A DNA stretch of 64,000 nt from a virus. The notes beneath the pieces were generated by a model. It had not been told where the DNA came from, searched no databases, and saw only the letters and a list, made by a program, of their open reading frames with translations. A program made the translations under genes and the position numbers. Each line of letters opens with the position of its first letter. Position 1 is the stretch's first letter. Shown piece after piece: positions 17,037 through 27,799 of the stretch. The DNA is taken from the IMG/VR virus record IMGVR_UViG_3300025892_000009; one strand, given 5' to 3'.

Positions 17037-20000
17037 TTAAGTAGCTAGAGCAATTGCTCTAAGGTCTGCAATTAATGGTACTCGTGCTTGGTTTTTAGAT
17101 TTCATCACAATCTTTAATTGGAATGCATTGAAGTTTAAACCTTTCTTCTCATAAGCATAATCTTTCCAGAGATATTCATCTGTAGGAGTAGAATCATACT
17201 GTTGATTTTGTGTAGATAAAGGTTCTCCAACCAATTCCCAACCAAGAGTATTGGGATCTGCAGTATCACCTGCTTTGAATGCTCTAAAGTAAACTCTTAC
17301 CTCAGTAGCAGGATGACGAGTGATTTGGAAATCAACTTTTAGAGATCTTGCTTCACTGCCCAAACGTGCTAGACGTGTGATATATACTGCATCATTCTGA
17401 TCACCTGTAGGTAGAGTAGAAACATCTTGTGTCCTATCAATGAGTCCCTGTTGACCATAAGCAGCTGGACCACCTGGCCAATAGTTGATTCTATTAGTTG
17501 TAGTAATCAATGACAATCTGTCAAGGTCAATACAAGGGGACAAAGAAGATTTTTCGGTTGTTAATTGAATTGCCATAGTCAAAGACTTATTGCCACCCAA
17601 CTTATTCTCTTCATTAATCTTAGAAGCTACCATTTGCGGAGATGCAAAAGCATTTTCTTCATTAAGGACAACATCTAAGAATTGACCATTATTGATAAAG
17701 GAGCTCTGATCGCGAGGAGCAGATCCACCTTCACCACCACCCTCACCAACTGACGTTGCCGTAGTAGTATTTACACGAGCAGTAATCTCAGTTTCTGGTA
17801 AAACCATGGTTGAAACTGTTGGTGTTAAAGTTTCAAATTGGACATTTTGAGATCCAAATACTGCTCCACCACCACCACGAATACCATTAGTTGCAACATG
17901 ATCGACTGCTAGCATATAAGTATCAATCCATGGGCACTCAATTCTTTCGTGGACTTTATTAATTTCCACTAGTGGAATGCCATCTAAGTTATAGCATTCA
18001 ACAATAGCGCCAGATGCATGAGTAGTATCTACAGTAGCATTTGAACCTCTACCACTTGTAGCAACAGTAATTACTTGACCGTTAGTAGAAATTGCAGAGT
18101 ATTGAATGATCTCATCGTCAATTTTCAAATAACCAGGATTCAAGTTTCCAGTGGCGGATCCACCAATAATTGTATGGAATTGTGATGCATCTTGGACTTG
18201 AATTGAAGTTACCCCTGCAGATAAGGATGAAGTCAATTGGGTGTTGGGCACTTCGGAGATAACTCCTTCAACCTCAACATTATTGGTCCGTTGATGCATG
18301 CCATGATTTCTATGGAAGACTGCAACTTCCTTATCATCCGCAGAATAAGAAGGTGATTGTGTTGGGAATGCAGTGTAAGAGTCTCCTGAATATGTGATAC
18401 TGGTAATTGTTGCAGACGTGCCGCCTGGATTTGTCAATGTATCTGATGCATCAAAAGAATATGTCAGATAGTTGAGGGTCAATGTATTGCTGCTTGCATC
18501 ATAAGCAGTTACAGTGCCTTGAGATCCAGAAGTAGATCCACTTACAACATCACCAACTTCAAACACTCCATTGAAGATAGCAGACAATACGAATACGCCT
18601 ACTGATTGTGAGGATGCCAAACCTTGGAAAGGCACTGAGTTAGCATCAAGGAAACCTGAAGTGAAGGTGCCTGTGATGTCCGTAATTGTAAGTTTTTGGG
18701 GATCGGAAACTGCATCAAACTCAGTGATTGTGCCCGTTGCTCCAGATGGACTCTGGACAACTCTTGCACCAATAGTAAAGTTATAAGTTTCACCAACAGA
18801 AAGTAGTAACTGTTGCTTTGGTTTAATTGTGAGAATAGGATTCTCAATCATATTGTGGATACCACCATTACCTTTACCAAGATCTGCATTATTGACAATT
18901 GCAGTACCAAGAGTAGAAGTAAACTCTGCACGATACACATTAAACTTCATATCTTCATACTGGTCAGCAGTCCAGGTAGAAGCGTTTTGTGACTTGAAGA
19001 GCACACCAGCATAGGGTTGCTCAGAGATCGTCCTTGTGCCAGATACATCGATGTCACCCATTCTGGAGATCCAGCAGTTGTATTCGTTGGAGTCAGACAG
19101 AAGCACGAAGCAGTATTCCGTTGACTGCTTGATATAAACAGGCGATCTAAATGTAAACCTAGTTGGGACTGCTGCGTTATCTGACAACTCAACCTGACTT
19201 GGATCGATGGTAATATCAGAGAAAGGTAGAATATCCTTAGTTGGATATCCATTTTCCATAGTCCTAATCTGCATAGAGATAGGAATATTTGCATCTTTTG
19301 TCTTAAAGAAGCAATCAATACCTGTTAGGAATACACCGCCTTCTTCATCAATAATGAAAGATTGTGCAAGAGGGTCATACCAACCAATCTGACGTGTTTC
19401 AGTCCTGGTTGTGATAACCGTGCGAGCATCATTAACAGTATCTCTAACCAACTCAGCATTACGGACTGCAAGAATATTTTCTCTAACAGTGCGAAGTGTG
19501 CCTACAGCACTATATGTAGTGTCCGCAGATGAAGTCACTTCATCATTTGCTCTACTATTGGTGGGCGATGTAGTGAATCTAAAGGTCCTTGTGCCTGTTG
19601 CCCAACGGGGATTTGAATCATTACCAGGATTAGGAATGAAGAATGATCCACGGAAGTTGCCGATATTATCGGTCAGCAAACGACGGTCTTTGATTACAGC
19701 ACGAGCACCTGAAGTTTCTCCAACTAGCACTTCACCCGTTTGCATATTGCCAAAGTAGTTTGGATTGACAGTTTCTGCCAATACTCCAGTATCAATATTT
19801 ACAAATGGTGTTGTAGATGCATAAGATTCTGCAAGGACTGCTGCTCCAGTGCCGTAGGGGTCGGTCTTATATGCATCATTTGCAGCTGCTACTTTAAATC
19901 TACATCCTGAATTTTGACCAACAACAGTTTCACCCACAACAAATGGAGTCTCGTTCGCACGAGGATCTGCAGTTGAGGACTTAGTTAACTCAATAACTTT

Positions 20001-23000
20001 AGGTGTAATGTAATTAGTAACATTTACGCCATCGAAGAATGCATAAATTCTTGTGCGAGGCTTCATACGATCTGTATTGAAAGATACGTTTCTGGATCTG
20101 ATCCAGGGGATTGCTGTTTGTGACAGCTCGGTATCTCCCAGTGATTTACGCTCAACCTTGGGCACAACTCTAGTCCTTACACCCTGACGTGCTTGGTTAT
20201 TAACAACCCTCCAGGTACGTCTATCATGGACGAAGAGTGGTTGACGACCCTGACCATGACCCAAACGACCTAATCTACGACCACCAGCGGCAAAACTACC
20301 AGATCTATTTCTTGTCTGAGTCCGTGAGATAAGAGACTGTCCAGTCCAGTTTGTCCTCCAAGATCCCCATTGAATAGGAGCAAAACCATTCTGGTCAATC
20401 TGCAGGTCTCTAGCAACGGCAGAGAAGTCACCTTCAACGTTTTCTACACGAGCAGGAAGACGCTTGATATCAATCCAGTCATCAGATGCAGGTGATAGAT
20501 CAATACGACCAATGAAAGTAAAGACATTAAATGGGTTAACATTTTCAGTCCTAGATGCATATGGTTGAGTAATAATTTGAAGATCGGTATATGGTAGCAA
20601 CACCATATTGCCAATAGTCTTCACAACATTAGAAGAAGAAGCTAGATTGAGTTGTAGTGGGACGTTAGTTGTATAGTGTGATGGACGTAAGAAACCTTCT
20701 TTAAAGTCCATTGAGCACTTATAGTCAACGTTGAGGACATCACCGATAGTGTGATCAGTAAAATCATCTACAACGTAACCATTCTTCAAACGGTCAAATC
20801 CATTATCATCGTAGGTCTTAGTATTTTCTGCTTGAGATTCAAGCAATGATAGGGAGGTATAATATTCAACGTGAGAAAGACGAGTCTCAAGATCCCCAAT
20901 ATCTTTCATCGTATAACGACGAATAATTTCGGGATAAATGATGATATCACGATCAACATCATAAGTATATGCTCTACATTCTAGTTGTGCCAAGAGCATT
21001 GCACTTTGAATGTTATCTGGAGGTGGCATATCTTCTGAAGATACACCTTTACTAATCTTCAATTCATTTTCATGTGTTAGATAAATTTTATCAGCACGAG
21101 GAAGATAGTAGGTATAATCCATACGGATTTCAGTTGCTACCTTAGGAATATCGAAGATGGTAGATCCACCAGCACCACCAGAGGTATCGAATTGACGAGC
21201 ACCAAAGTCCAGAGAAGCACAATTCACATAGTAAGGTGCTGTGATAGTACCCGATCCAGATGCCAATTCACCAACACCAGGACGGAAATCGACTTGATCT
21301 CTCAAGTAGTTAATAGATCCATCTAACTTATATTTTGGAATATCTTTGAATGCAATGCCAGTATAAGATTGGTTTGAGAAATAATCACCCGAAGATTCAT
21401 GCACAAAGTAGTCAAAGATAACTAGCAGTTTACGAATTGGAGGTGTATACTGAGGCAGTCTCAGCATTTTACATACATCATAGAAGTGTGCTTTCTGTCC
21501 CGATTCCAATTCGTACTGAGTAGTTACAACTTTACTTCCCTTAGATACGGATCCCTCAGCATCATCTACAATTGCAACTAGTGGGACGCCATCATCATCC
21601 ACACCATCAATAGTCTCGCCAGGTAAGAATGGAATTTCATTCAACTGCACAACATATAATTTAAGAGTGCTGTTGATGAATTGAATAACACGCCCACGAG
21701 CACCAGATGTTTTACCTACAACTACACTACCATTATCGAAGAAGGTGGACTCAGTAAGTGTTAGGAAAGGTGGCTCTGCATCAGAATCATTCTCAGATTC
21801 ATATACTGCTTGAATATTGTAAACATCATTCAGTGCAAATGAGATCTCGTCATCTTCAATACGAGTGCCATACAAGTTACCATATGCCAAACCATACTTT
21901 TGTTGGTCATTATTGATACTTGTGCGAATGACCTTCATTGCACGCATCTTAGATGCAGTTTTAATTTTCTTAGAAACAATATTCTTAGAAACTAGAGCAG
22001 TCAATTTAACAGTATTAACATTTGCCAAACCATCAATAGTGATGGACTGTCTATCGGCACCAAAACTAACTGTTAGTGACCCTGCATCATTCATCGCATC
22101 GATGTCTAGGTTTTGTCCTACACTATATGCAGATCCAGATTGACCAAGAATAGTTAAAATATAGTTTTCATTGTCTAATGATGCAAACTGCTCAGATTCT
22201 GGCAGGGATACAGTAACACCACCAGACACAACCGTTTTATTAGTGAATGTGCGATATACAAAGAATGATTCGTCAGAGATAGATCTCATCGAAACGCGAG
22301 GTGCGTCAATAGTGAGCTCACCATTCTGGTAGTCCTTCTGGAATACAAAAGGACGCATTCTGACTAGAGTGCCATATTCGCCATCAGCAACAGTACCTTT
22401 ACTCAAGGTAGTATCAATTTCTGCAGTCTGTAATAGGGAATCAAAAATAGTATCAGCAGCACCTGTTGCAGAGTTTCCTGTAATAGTTGAGATTGATGTT
22501 GGATCAACTCTTTCGATTCTTAAACTATTTTCACCTTCTGCTGTAGTATTTGTGGCAGTAATGACATCACCAGGACGCAAATCTTGAATAAATTTGGTGC
22601 GGAAACCAGTGATTCTTTGGTCGGTGGCAGAATCAATAGTTACTGTAGATGCTTCAATTTCTTTCTGGTCATTAAGTAACCAGTTAGCACCAAAGATAAC
22701 TACATTACTAGAATTTCTACCATAGCAAGATCTAGTATCTGCCAAGTTATAAGTATGTGCTGCCTCAAGAGTACCGATAACACGACCATCTCTTTCCATC
22801 ACCTCGCCATTGATAAATGTCCCTGACACTTGCTCAAGCTTACAATTAGTACCACTGCCAGCATCTGCAACAAAACCGCGAGCATTTGAGGTGCGACCTT
22901 TCAGCACATCTCCAACTGATACTGAGTTATTTCCTGACGCAAAGTTAATTGCAGTAAACATCTGAGCATCAAAGATCCACAGATCATATGTAGTATCTGT

Positions 23001-24356
23001 GTCAATTTGAATTTGAGCAATTCTAGTTCTACCAATCATTCTACCTGTAGTTGTATTAGTAGAATTCAGAGTCCAATCATCATACAATTCAATTACTTGA
23101 TATGCAGATGTAACTCCCTCTCCAGTTAGATTGGGCCAACCATAAACATCATATACTTTAATGAAGTTTCCTAAACGGAATGAGATAATACCATTTTGGA
23201 CTCCTTCAAAGTCACGGGGTTTGGGGGAATCAATATATTGAGGTGTTAGGAATTCGGTCCTGTATCCTCTTACATATGCCCTACCTGGTGAGATCTCATA
23301 CGTGATCAAATCATCAGATGGGATATTGCCTTGTGAAGTAGTTTCACCTGGACGATATACACCATTATTGAATCCATCATCCAAACACTCTCTTGCCTTA
23401 ATGCTGAATGTATCAATTACATAGTCGCCAGATTCTTCATATGTCCTACGAGCAAGAGATCTCTCTAACTCTGAGTACGCTGTATTAGTAACGAATTGCT
23501 CAACTTTACTATTGTTGATACGAAGCAATTCGATAAAGTTTTTATCAGTCTCATCATTGATTGCTTTTTTAACCAGTGTTGTTCTGATTCTAAATCTGTG
23601 AGATCCTGGAGCAGCATAATTGGATGTGCCTGCTGCATTATCATTAAGTGATGGATCGTCTTCTGGAGTTACAATAGACTCACTAACTTCAAGACCAACT
23701 CTGTATGATGGATTATTTGTATACTGCTCTAGAATCAAATACTGAGATGGGACATCAACAAAGTGTCCTCTCATAAAGTATACACCTGCATTAATATATG
23801 CAGTTGAAGCCACTGAAGTTGCATCAACAGGTAATAGTTGACCGAATGGTGATCCAACTTCAATCAGAGTTGTGCCAAACGTAATTTCATTCTCAGCAAT
23901 GATCTGCTCATTTGGCTGGAATGTTGTAATTGTAGATTCCGAAACAGTATCACCAGACTCAATGTATTTTACATACAGGGTGACATATCCTCTAGAGGAT
24001 TCTGTTGCTGGAATTGAATACAGGACCTTTGCTTTAATGCCTGTAGTCAGACCTTCAATTATTTGACCAGTGAGTTGAGTCCTATATGTCTCAAGATCAA
24101 TACCCAAGAATGATTGTTGCAAGATCACTGCTTGGACATTTAGATCATATCCCACCTGACCAGGAATAACCATCGCACCTTCTTTAAAGAAGTGCTGACC
24201 AATTGACTCTAACTGATTCTGCAGAATCGACTGCATAGTCGTAATTTCGCGAGCCTGAATTGGGTATCCAGGACGGAATAAGACTCTGTAAAAATTCTTA
24301 TCCTTATCGAAATCATCAAAATAAGGAGAGATATTTAGATTAGTATTCTGGGGCAT
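17037..24356 (-). CDS. Large virion structural protein, DUF4815/VrlC-like
   Basis: 2439 aa. N-terminus PYFDDFDKDKNFYRVLFRPGYPIQARE, LARRTYEESGDY, RLKNGYVVDDF, DPLAQSF and TWTADQYEDMKF motifs. Confidence 0.88.
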   Translation of the reverse strand: MPQNTNLNISPYFDDFDKDKNFYRVLFRPGYPIQAREITTMQSILQNQLESIGQHFFKEGAMVIPGQVGYDLNVQAVILQQSFLGIDLETYRTQLTGQIIEGLTTGIKAKVLYSIPATESSRGYVTLYVKYIESGDTVSESTITTFQPNEQIIAENEITFGTTLIEVGSPFGQLLPVDATSVASTAYINAGVYFMRGHFVDVPSQYLILEQYTNNPSYRVGLEVSESIVTPEDDPSLNDNAAGTSNYAAPGSHRFRIRTTLVKKAINDETDKNFIELLRINNSKVEQFVTNTAYSELERSLARRTYEESGDYVIDTFSIKARECLDDGFNNGVYRPGETTSQGNIPSDDLITYEISPGRAYVRGYRTEFLTPQYIDSPKPRDFEGVQNGIISFRLGNFIKVYDVYGWPNLTGEGVTSAYQVIELYDDWTLNSTNTTTGRMIGRTRIAQIQIDTDTTYDLWIFDAQMFTAINFASGNNSVSVGDVLKGRTSNARGFVADAGSGTNCKLEQVSGTFINGEVMERDGRVIGTLEAAHTYNLADTRSCYGRNSSNVVIFGANWLLNDQKEIEASTVTIDSATDQRITGFRTKFIQDLRPGDVITATNTTAEGENSLRIERVDPTSISTITGNSATGAADTIFDSLLQTAEIDTTLSKGTVADGEYGTLVRMRPFVFQKDYQNGELTIDAPRVSMRSISDESFFVYRTFTNKTVVSGGVTVSLPESEQFASLDNENYILTILGQSGSAYSVGQNLDIDAMNDAGSLTVSFGADRQSITIDGLANVNTVKLTALVSKNIVSKKIKTASKMRAMKVIRTSINNDQQKYGLAYGNLYGTRIEDDEISFALNDVYNIQAVYESENDSDAEPPFLTLTESTFFDNGSVVVGKTSGARGRVIQFINSTLKLYVVQLNEIPFLPGETIDGVDDDGVPLVAIVDDAEGSVSKGSKVVTTQYELESGQKAHFYDVCKMLRLPQYTPPIRKLLVIFDYFVHESSGDYFSNQSYTGIAFKDIPKYKLDGSINYLRDQVDFRPGVGELASGSGTITAPYYVNCASLDFGARQFDTSGGAGGSTIFDIPKVATEIRMDYTYYLPRADKIYLTHENELKISKGVSSEDMPPPDNIQSAMLLAQLECRAYTYDVDRDIIIYPEIIRRYTMKDIGDLETRLSHVEYYTSLSLLESQAENTKTYDDNGFDRLKNGYVVDDFTDHTIGDVLNVDYKCSMDFKEGFLRPSHYTTNVPLQLNLASSSNVVKTIGNMVLLPYTDLQIITQPYASRTENVNPFNVFTFIGRIDLSPASDDWIDIKRLPARVENVEGDFSAVARDLQIDQNGFAPIQWGSWRTNWTGQSLISRTQTRNRSGSFAAGGRRLGRLGHGQGRQPLFVHDRRTWRVVNNQARQGVRTRVVPKVERKSLGDTELSQTAIPWIRSRNVSFNTDRMKPRTRIYAFFDGVNVTNYITPKVIELTKSSTADPRANETPFVVGETVVGQNSGCRFKVAAANDAYKTDPYGTGAAVLAESYASTTPFVNIDTGVLAETVNPNYFGNMQTGEVLVGETSGARAVIKDRRLLTDNIGNFRGSFFIPNPGNDSNPRWATGTRTFRFTTSPTNSRANDEVTSSADTTYSAVGTLRTVRENILAVRNAELVRDTVNDARTVITTRTETRQIGWYDPLAQSFIIDEEGGVFLTGIDCFFKTKDANIPISMQIRTMENGYPTKDILPFSDITIDPSQVELSDNAAVPTRFTFRSPVYIKQSTEYCFVLLSDSNEYNCWISRMGDIDVSGTRTISEQPYAGVLFKSQNASTWTADQYEDMKFNVYRAEFTSTLGTAIVNNADLGKGNGGIHNMIENPILTIKPKQQLLLSVGETYNFTIGARVVQSPSGATGTITEFDAVSDPQKLTITDITGTFTSGFLDANSVPFQGLASSQSVGVFVLSAIFNGVFEVGDVVSGSTSGSQGTVTAYDASSNTLTLNYLTYSFDASDTLTNPGGTSATITSITYSGDSYTAFPTQSPSYSADDKEVAVFHRNHGMHQRTNNVEVEGVISEVPNTQLTSSLSAGVTSIQVQDASQFHTIIGGSATGNLNPGYLKIDDEIIQYSAISTNGQVITVATSGRGSNATVDTTHASGAIVECYNLDGIPLVEINKVHERIECPWIDTYMLAVDHVATNGIRGGGGAVFGSQNVQFETLTPTVSTMVLPETEITARVNTTTATSVGEGGGEGGSAPRDQSSFINNGQFLDVVLNEENAFASPQMVASKINEENKLGGNKSLTMAIQLTTEKSSLSPCIDLDRLSLITTTNRINYWPGGPAAYGQQGLIDRTQDVSTLPTGDQNDAVYITRLARLGSEARSLKVDFQITRHPATEVRVYFRAFKAGDTADPNTLGWELVGEPLSTQNQQYDSTPTDEYLWKDYAYEKKGLNFNAFQLKIVMKSKNQARVPLIADLRAIALAT

Positions 24357-24359
24357 CTT

Positions 24360-25895
24360 TTAGAACTCTACTACGATCTTAATGTCTTCGATTTGGTCTC
24401 CAGCACGAGTAATCGCGCCTCTATTATCTATGTAAATAACTTCACCCGAATTTGGATCCACTTCTGGATTTGCATATCCATTGGTAAATGCCATGCCAAG
24501 ATCATACTCAGTATTATTAATAATACGAGTTGATGCTCCAGACACAATTGGGAAGTTGATATCTGGATCGGAAGATGCACCAGATGTTGCACCAACAACA
24601 GGGTTACCACCCTGAAACTCAATTAAACTACCAGTGAATTCTGGGAAAATACCGTCAATTCTATTCTGATAATACTTAAGCACCTTAGTGGTAGCATTCC
24701 AAGAAATTACACGCCCACGAGCAGTTACTTGCTGACCACCAATTGTGCGAGATTGTGTGATAATCTCATCAGTCTGATAGTTACCTGTAAATGAAGGTGA
24801 GAAAATAACGGCTTTAGATGCTGACAGTGTAAGATCTGCAGTTAATTCTACAGTGCCATACTTATTTGGGTTGATCACTAGACCAATACGACGGTAGTCG
24901 TTATCAGTTGGGAAGTCTCCACTACCTTCAGCGTAGGTAAACTTCGTGTTGATCATTATACGGAAACCACCCAATTCCGTTTGGGGCGAAGCACCATGTC
25001 CTGTGACAGGAGGCACAACTACTTCAACGTTACCACCAGTACCTGTGCCAGCACCAATACCATTGACTTCATCAATAACGACTTTACCGAAGGTATATCC
25101 ACTACCACCAGAGGTTACAGTTGCCGATACAATACGACCACCATCGACAACTAATGATACTCTTCCACCAACACCATCTCCTTTAATTGAGACGTTTTCA
25201 TATGTGCCATTGTTATAACCTGCACCAGATGATGCAATAACAACAGTATCAATTTCACCTCCAATAGCATCCGATACCACAGCAGTATCGCTAAGGACAG
25301 GCATGTATTCGTTGGAGAAGAATTTCAATACCTGACCAACAGGGATTGTATACATATACTTCCAACGGTAACCATCAGCAGTCGTGATAACTGAAGTGGA
25401 GGTGCCAGTAGGCTCAACAGTAGAAGGTTTGCCGTTAGGATCAGAAGGACTTGTCCCGTTATAGATGCACTTATATACTTGGTAAGATGAGTTGACAACA
25501 TAGAAATCTGCATCATACAGTTTCGTAGCACCTGACGATGCCGTCTTCGTCGAGGAATAATCATGCCTATACATATCATACACATAACCCAAACCACCAG
25601 TAGTTTGCTCAGGTGGAATCCAATCGGTACGACGAATGACCTGAATAGTATCATTCGCCAACACTCTCTTCATCGAGATCATGTCGGAATAATCATCCGC
25701 AAACTCTTGAAATGAGTCGATAGGATCTGGGGGAGCATTTTCATTATCCCATGGTTGAGGACGACCAATGAAAACATATAGTCGATCTCTAGATGCTCCT
25801 GCTAATAGGTCGGACTGTGCAGGGTCGGGACCCTCCAAAGATTTCCGAAATCTTTCCGCAGTAAAGATTCTAAATTGGTCGGTTAGTAATGCCAT
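24360..25895 (-). CDS. g8: Baseplate wedge subunit gp8
   Basis: LYVFIGRPQPW, YKCIYNG, DGYRWKYMYTIP, DYRRIGL and SGEVIYIDNR...EDIKIVVEF. Confidence 0.92.
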   Translation of the reverse strand: MALLTDQFRIFTAERFRKSLEGPDPAQSDLLAGASRDRLYVFIGRPQPWDNENAPPDPIDSFQEFADDYSDMISMKRVLANDTIQVIRRTDWIPPEQTTGGLGYVYDMYRHDYSSTKTASSGATKLYDADFYVVNSSYQVYKCIYNGTSPSDPNGKPSTVEPTGTSTSVITTADGYRWKYMYTIPVGQVLKFFSNEYMPVLSDTAVVSDAIGGEIDTVVIASSGAGYNNGTYENVSIKGDGVGGRVSLVVDGGRIVSATVTSGGSGYTFGKVVIDEVNGIGAGTGTGGNVEVVVPPVTGHGASPQTELGGFRIMINTKFTYAEGSGDFPTDNDYRRIGLVINPNKYGTVELTADLTLSASKAVIFSPSFTGNYQTDEIITQSRTIGGQQVTARGRVISWNATTKVLKYYQNRIDGIFPEFTGSLIEFQGGNPVVGATSGASSDPDINFPIVSGASTRIINNTEYDLGMAFTNGYANPEVDPNSGEVIYIDNRGAITRAGDQIEDIKIVVEF

Positions 25896-25917
25896 CTTAC
25901 AGCAATTGCCTTCTTTC

Positions 25918-25925
25918 TATTTATA
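25918..25925 (-). promoter_or_regulatory. T4 late promoter, perfect consensus
   Basis: TATAAATA in the intergenic gap, 22 nt upstream of g8. Confidence 0.85.
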
Positions 25926-25930
25926 GGGAA

Positions 25931-27796
25931 TTATTCGTCCTCGTTTCTGACGAAATTAGTGTACTCAACTGATATGATGGTTGCAGTTGCAGAGCTGAGG
26001 TTGCCCTGCAATGTTTCTCCAACATTCCACTTATATGTAGGATCATTATCAACAATATTATTGACATTCAATATGTATTGATTTGCCTTTTGACCGACTA
26101 GTCTCTCAACAACTGTTGCCGTAACACCAGATGTTAGTCCTTGCACAGTCTCAGCAACATTGAATAATGTTGCACTGATATATTCAATAATGATTGTTGC
26201 TGTAGCAACATGGGCATCACCATCGCCTAATAGACCTGCCGATTGTATAGTTGCTACCAATTGAGAGGGACTGCCATCATATATTTGGTCGCCAACCTGG
26301 AAAAGGGTTGTGTTTTGACCACCAACAGTTTCTTCAATACCATAAAGTGATGATGCAAGTCCACCATCCAAGTTAATTTGATTTTCAAATTCAGTAGCAG
26401 TGTTTATGAGATCGGGAATACCGTCACCATACTGCGTTATGCCTTGCTCATCCTCATATGATTCATCATCATCTTCAAATTTTCTATTCAGAATCAAACT
26501 ATATGGTTCTGTAAAAGCAACAATATCATTACCTTCCGATTCAACTAACTCATGAGGTTGCTGTCCAGTGCCTGATGAAGATGACGATCCTGCAACAAAT
26601 GCAATCACAGTCGCCTTTTCACCAGATCTTCCAGCATCAATAAATGCCAATTCATCAATTTCAAATGTTACATAAAGTGCTCTTTCAGATTCAAACCAAT
26701 CATAAACAATAGCAACTCTATTAGTTGAGTTTTCTACTACACGTCTTACTTTATCAGTTACTTGAAAATTATAATTTGTAAGACCAGTAACAGCATCATC
26801 TTGTAGATTATCTAAAATTACTTTTTGGTCAAATCTAAAATTAATACCCCTATCAACACCAGTAAATGATGTGGAAGTTTTACCAGTGTATCTAACAATC
26901 TCTCTACCAATAAGAAGTTTACCTGATCCAGGAAATGGATCGGTTGTTTCTATATAAATTTCCTCAGAATTTGGAGTTAGATTTTTAAGTAGTCCTGATA
27001 AGTTATAAATTGTTGAGTTGAGAGATTGCCTATTTCTAGCCTCTCTAATTAGATCAGTGTCTCTAGTAAAGATAACCTGAGGGGCATTTACATATCCTGA
27101 TCCCGTGGAAAGGAGATCGATGGTCGTGATAGCACCTAAATTGATAAATGCTTCAGCAGTTGCTCCACTACCCCCACCACCAATAATTTGAATTAGGGGT
27201 GGAGTCTCAAAGAATTCACCTGCATTGGTAAGATCGATAGAAGTGACTCTACCAAATCGATTAACTGCAGCAACTCCCCTAGCACCATCTCCACCACCGC
27301 CAGAAATGATGAGGTTAATATCGTCTTCAGTGTAATTTTGTCCTTGCTGCTCAATTGATAGTCCAGTAACAGATCCAGTAACGGGTACTATTTCAGATCC
27401 AGATCCACCACCACCTCTAACTTCAACTGTAGTATTAAAGTATCCATTACCAGGGACAGTGACTTGGATGTAATCAACACCACCATCATCTTTTAGGAAA
27501 ACGTTTCCTTTAGCACTACCATTTGAATTTTCATCTACAATATCTAAACGTAGAGGATCATATCCTTCACCAGGATCTAAAATTTCTACAGCAGTAATTT
27601 CTCCAAGACTACCTTGAATAATTGGTCGCAATACTGCTTCGCGAATAGGTGTGCCGCTATTTAAAACACGAAGTCTTGGTGGGTCATTTGGATCATATCC
27701 AGACCCACTCTCCACCACATAAACATCTCTGACTCCAAAAACACTATTGAAGACAGGAGAAATTACTGCACCACTACCAGGAACTGTACGTGTCAT
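25931..27796 (-). CDS. Baseplate-associated structural protein with GSGY repeats
   Basis: 621 aa with repeated GGGGSGA/GxGY..P modules. Located between the gp9-like gene and g8. Confidence 0.75.
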   Translation of the reverse strand: MTRTVPGSGAVISPVFNSVFGVRDVYVVESGSGYDPNDPPRLRVLNSGTPIREAVLRPIIQGSLGEITAVEILDPGEGYDPLRLDIVDENSNGSAKGNVFLKDDGGVDYIQVTVPGNGYFNTTVEVRGGGGSGSEIVPVTGSVTGLSIEQQGQNYTEDDINLIISGGGGDGARGVAAVNRFGRVTSIDLTNAGEFFETPPLIQIIGGGGSGATAEAFINLGAITTIDLLSTGSGYVNAPQVIFTRDTDLIREARNRQSLNSTIYNLSGLLKNLTPNSEEIYIETTDPFPGSGKLLIGREIVRYTGKTSTSFTGVDRGINFRFDQKVILDNLQDDAVTGLTNYNFQVTDKVRRVVENSTNRVAIVYDWFESERALYVTFEIDELAFIDAGRSGEKATVIAFVAGSSSSSGTGQQPHELVESEGNDIVAFTEPYSLILNRKFEDDDESYEDEQGITQYGDGIPDLINTATEFENQINLDGGLASSLYGIEETVGGQNTTLFQVGDQIYDGSPSQLVATIQSAGLLGDGDAHVATATIIIEYISATLFNVAETVQGLTSGVTATVVERLVGQKANQYILNVNNIVDNDPTYKWNVGETLQGNLSSATATIISVEYTNFVRNEDE

Positions 27797-27799
27797 CTA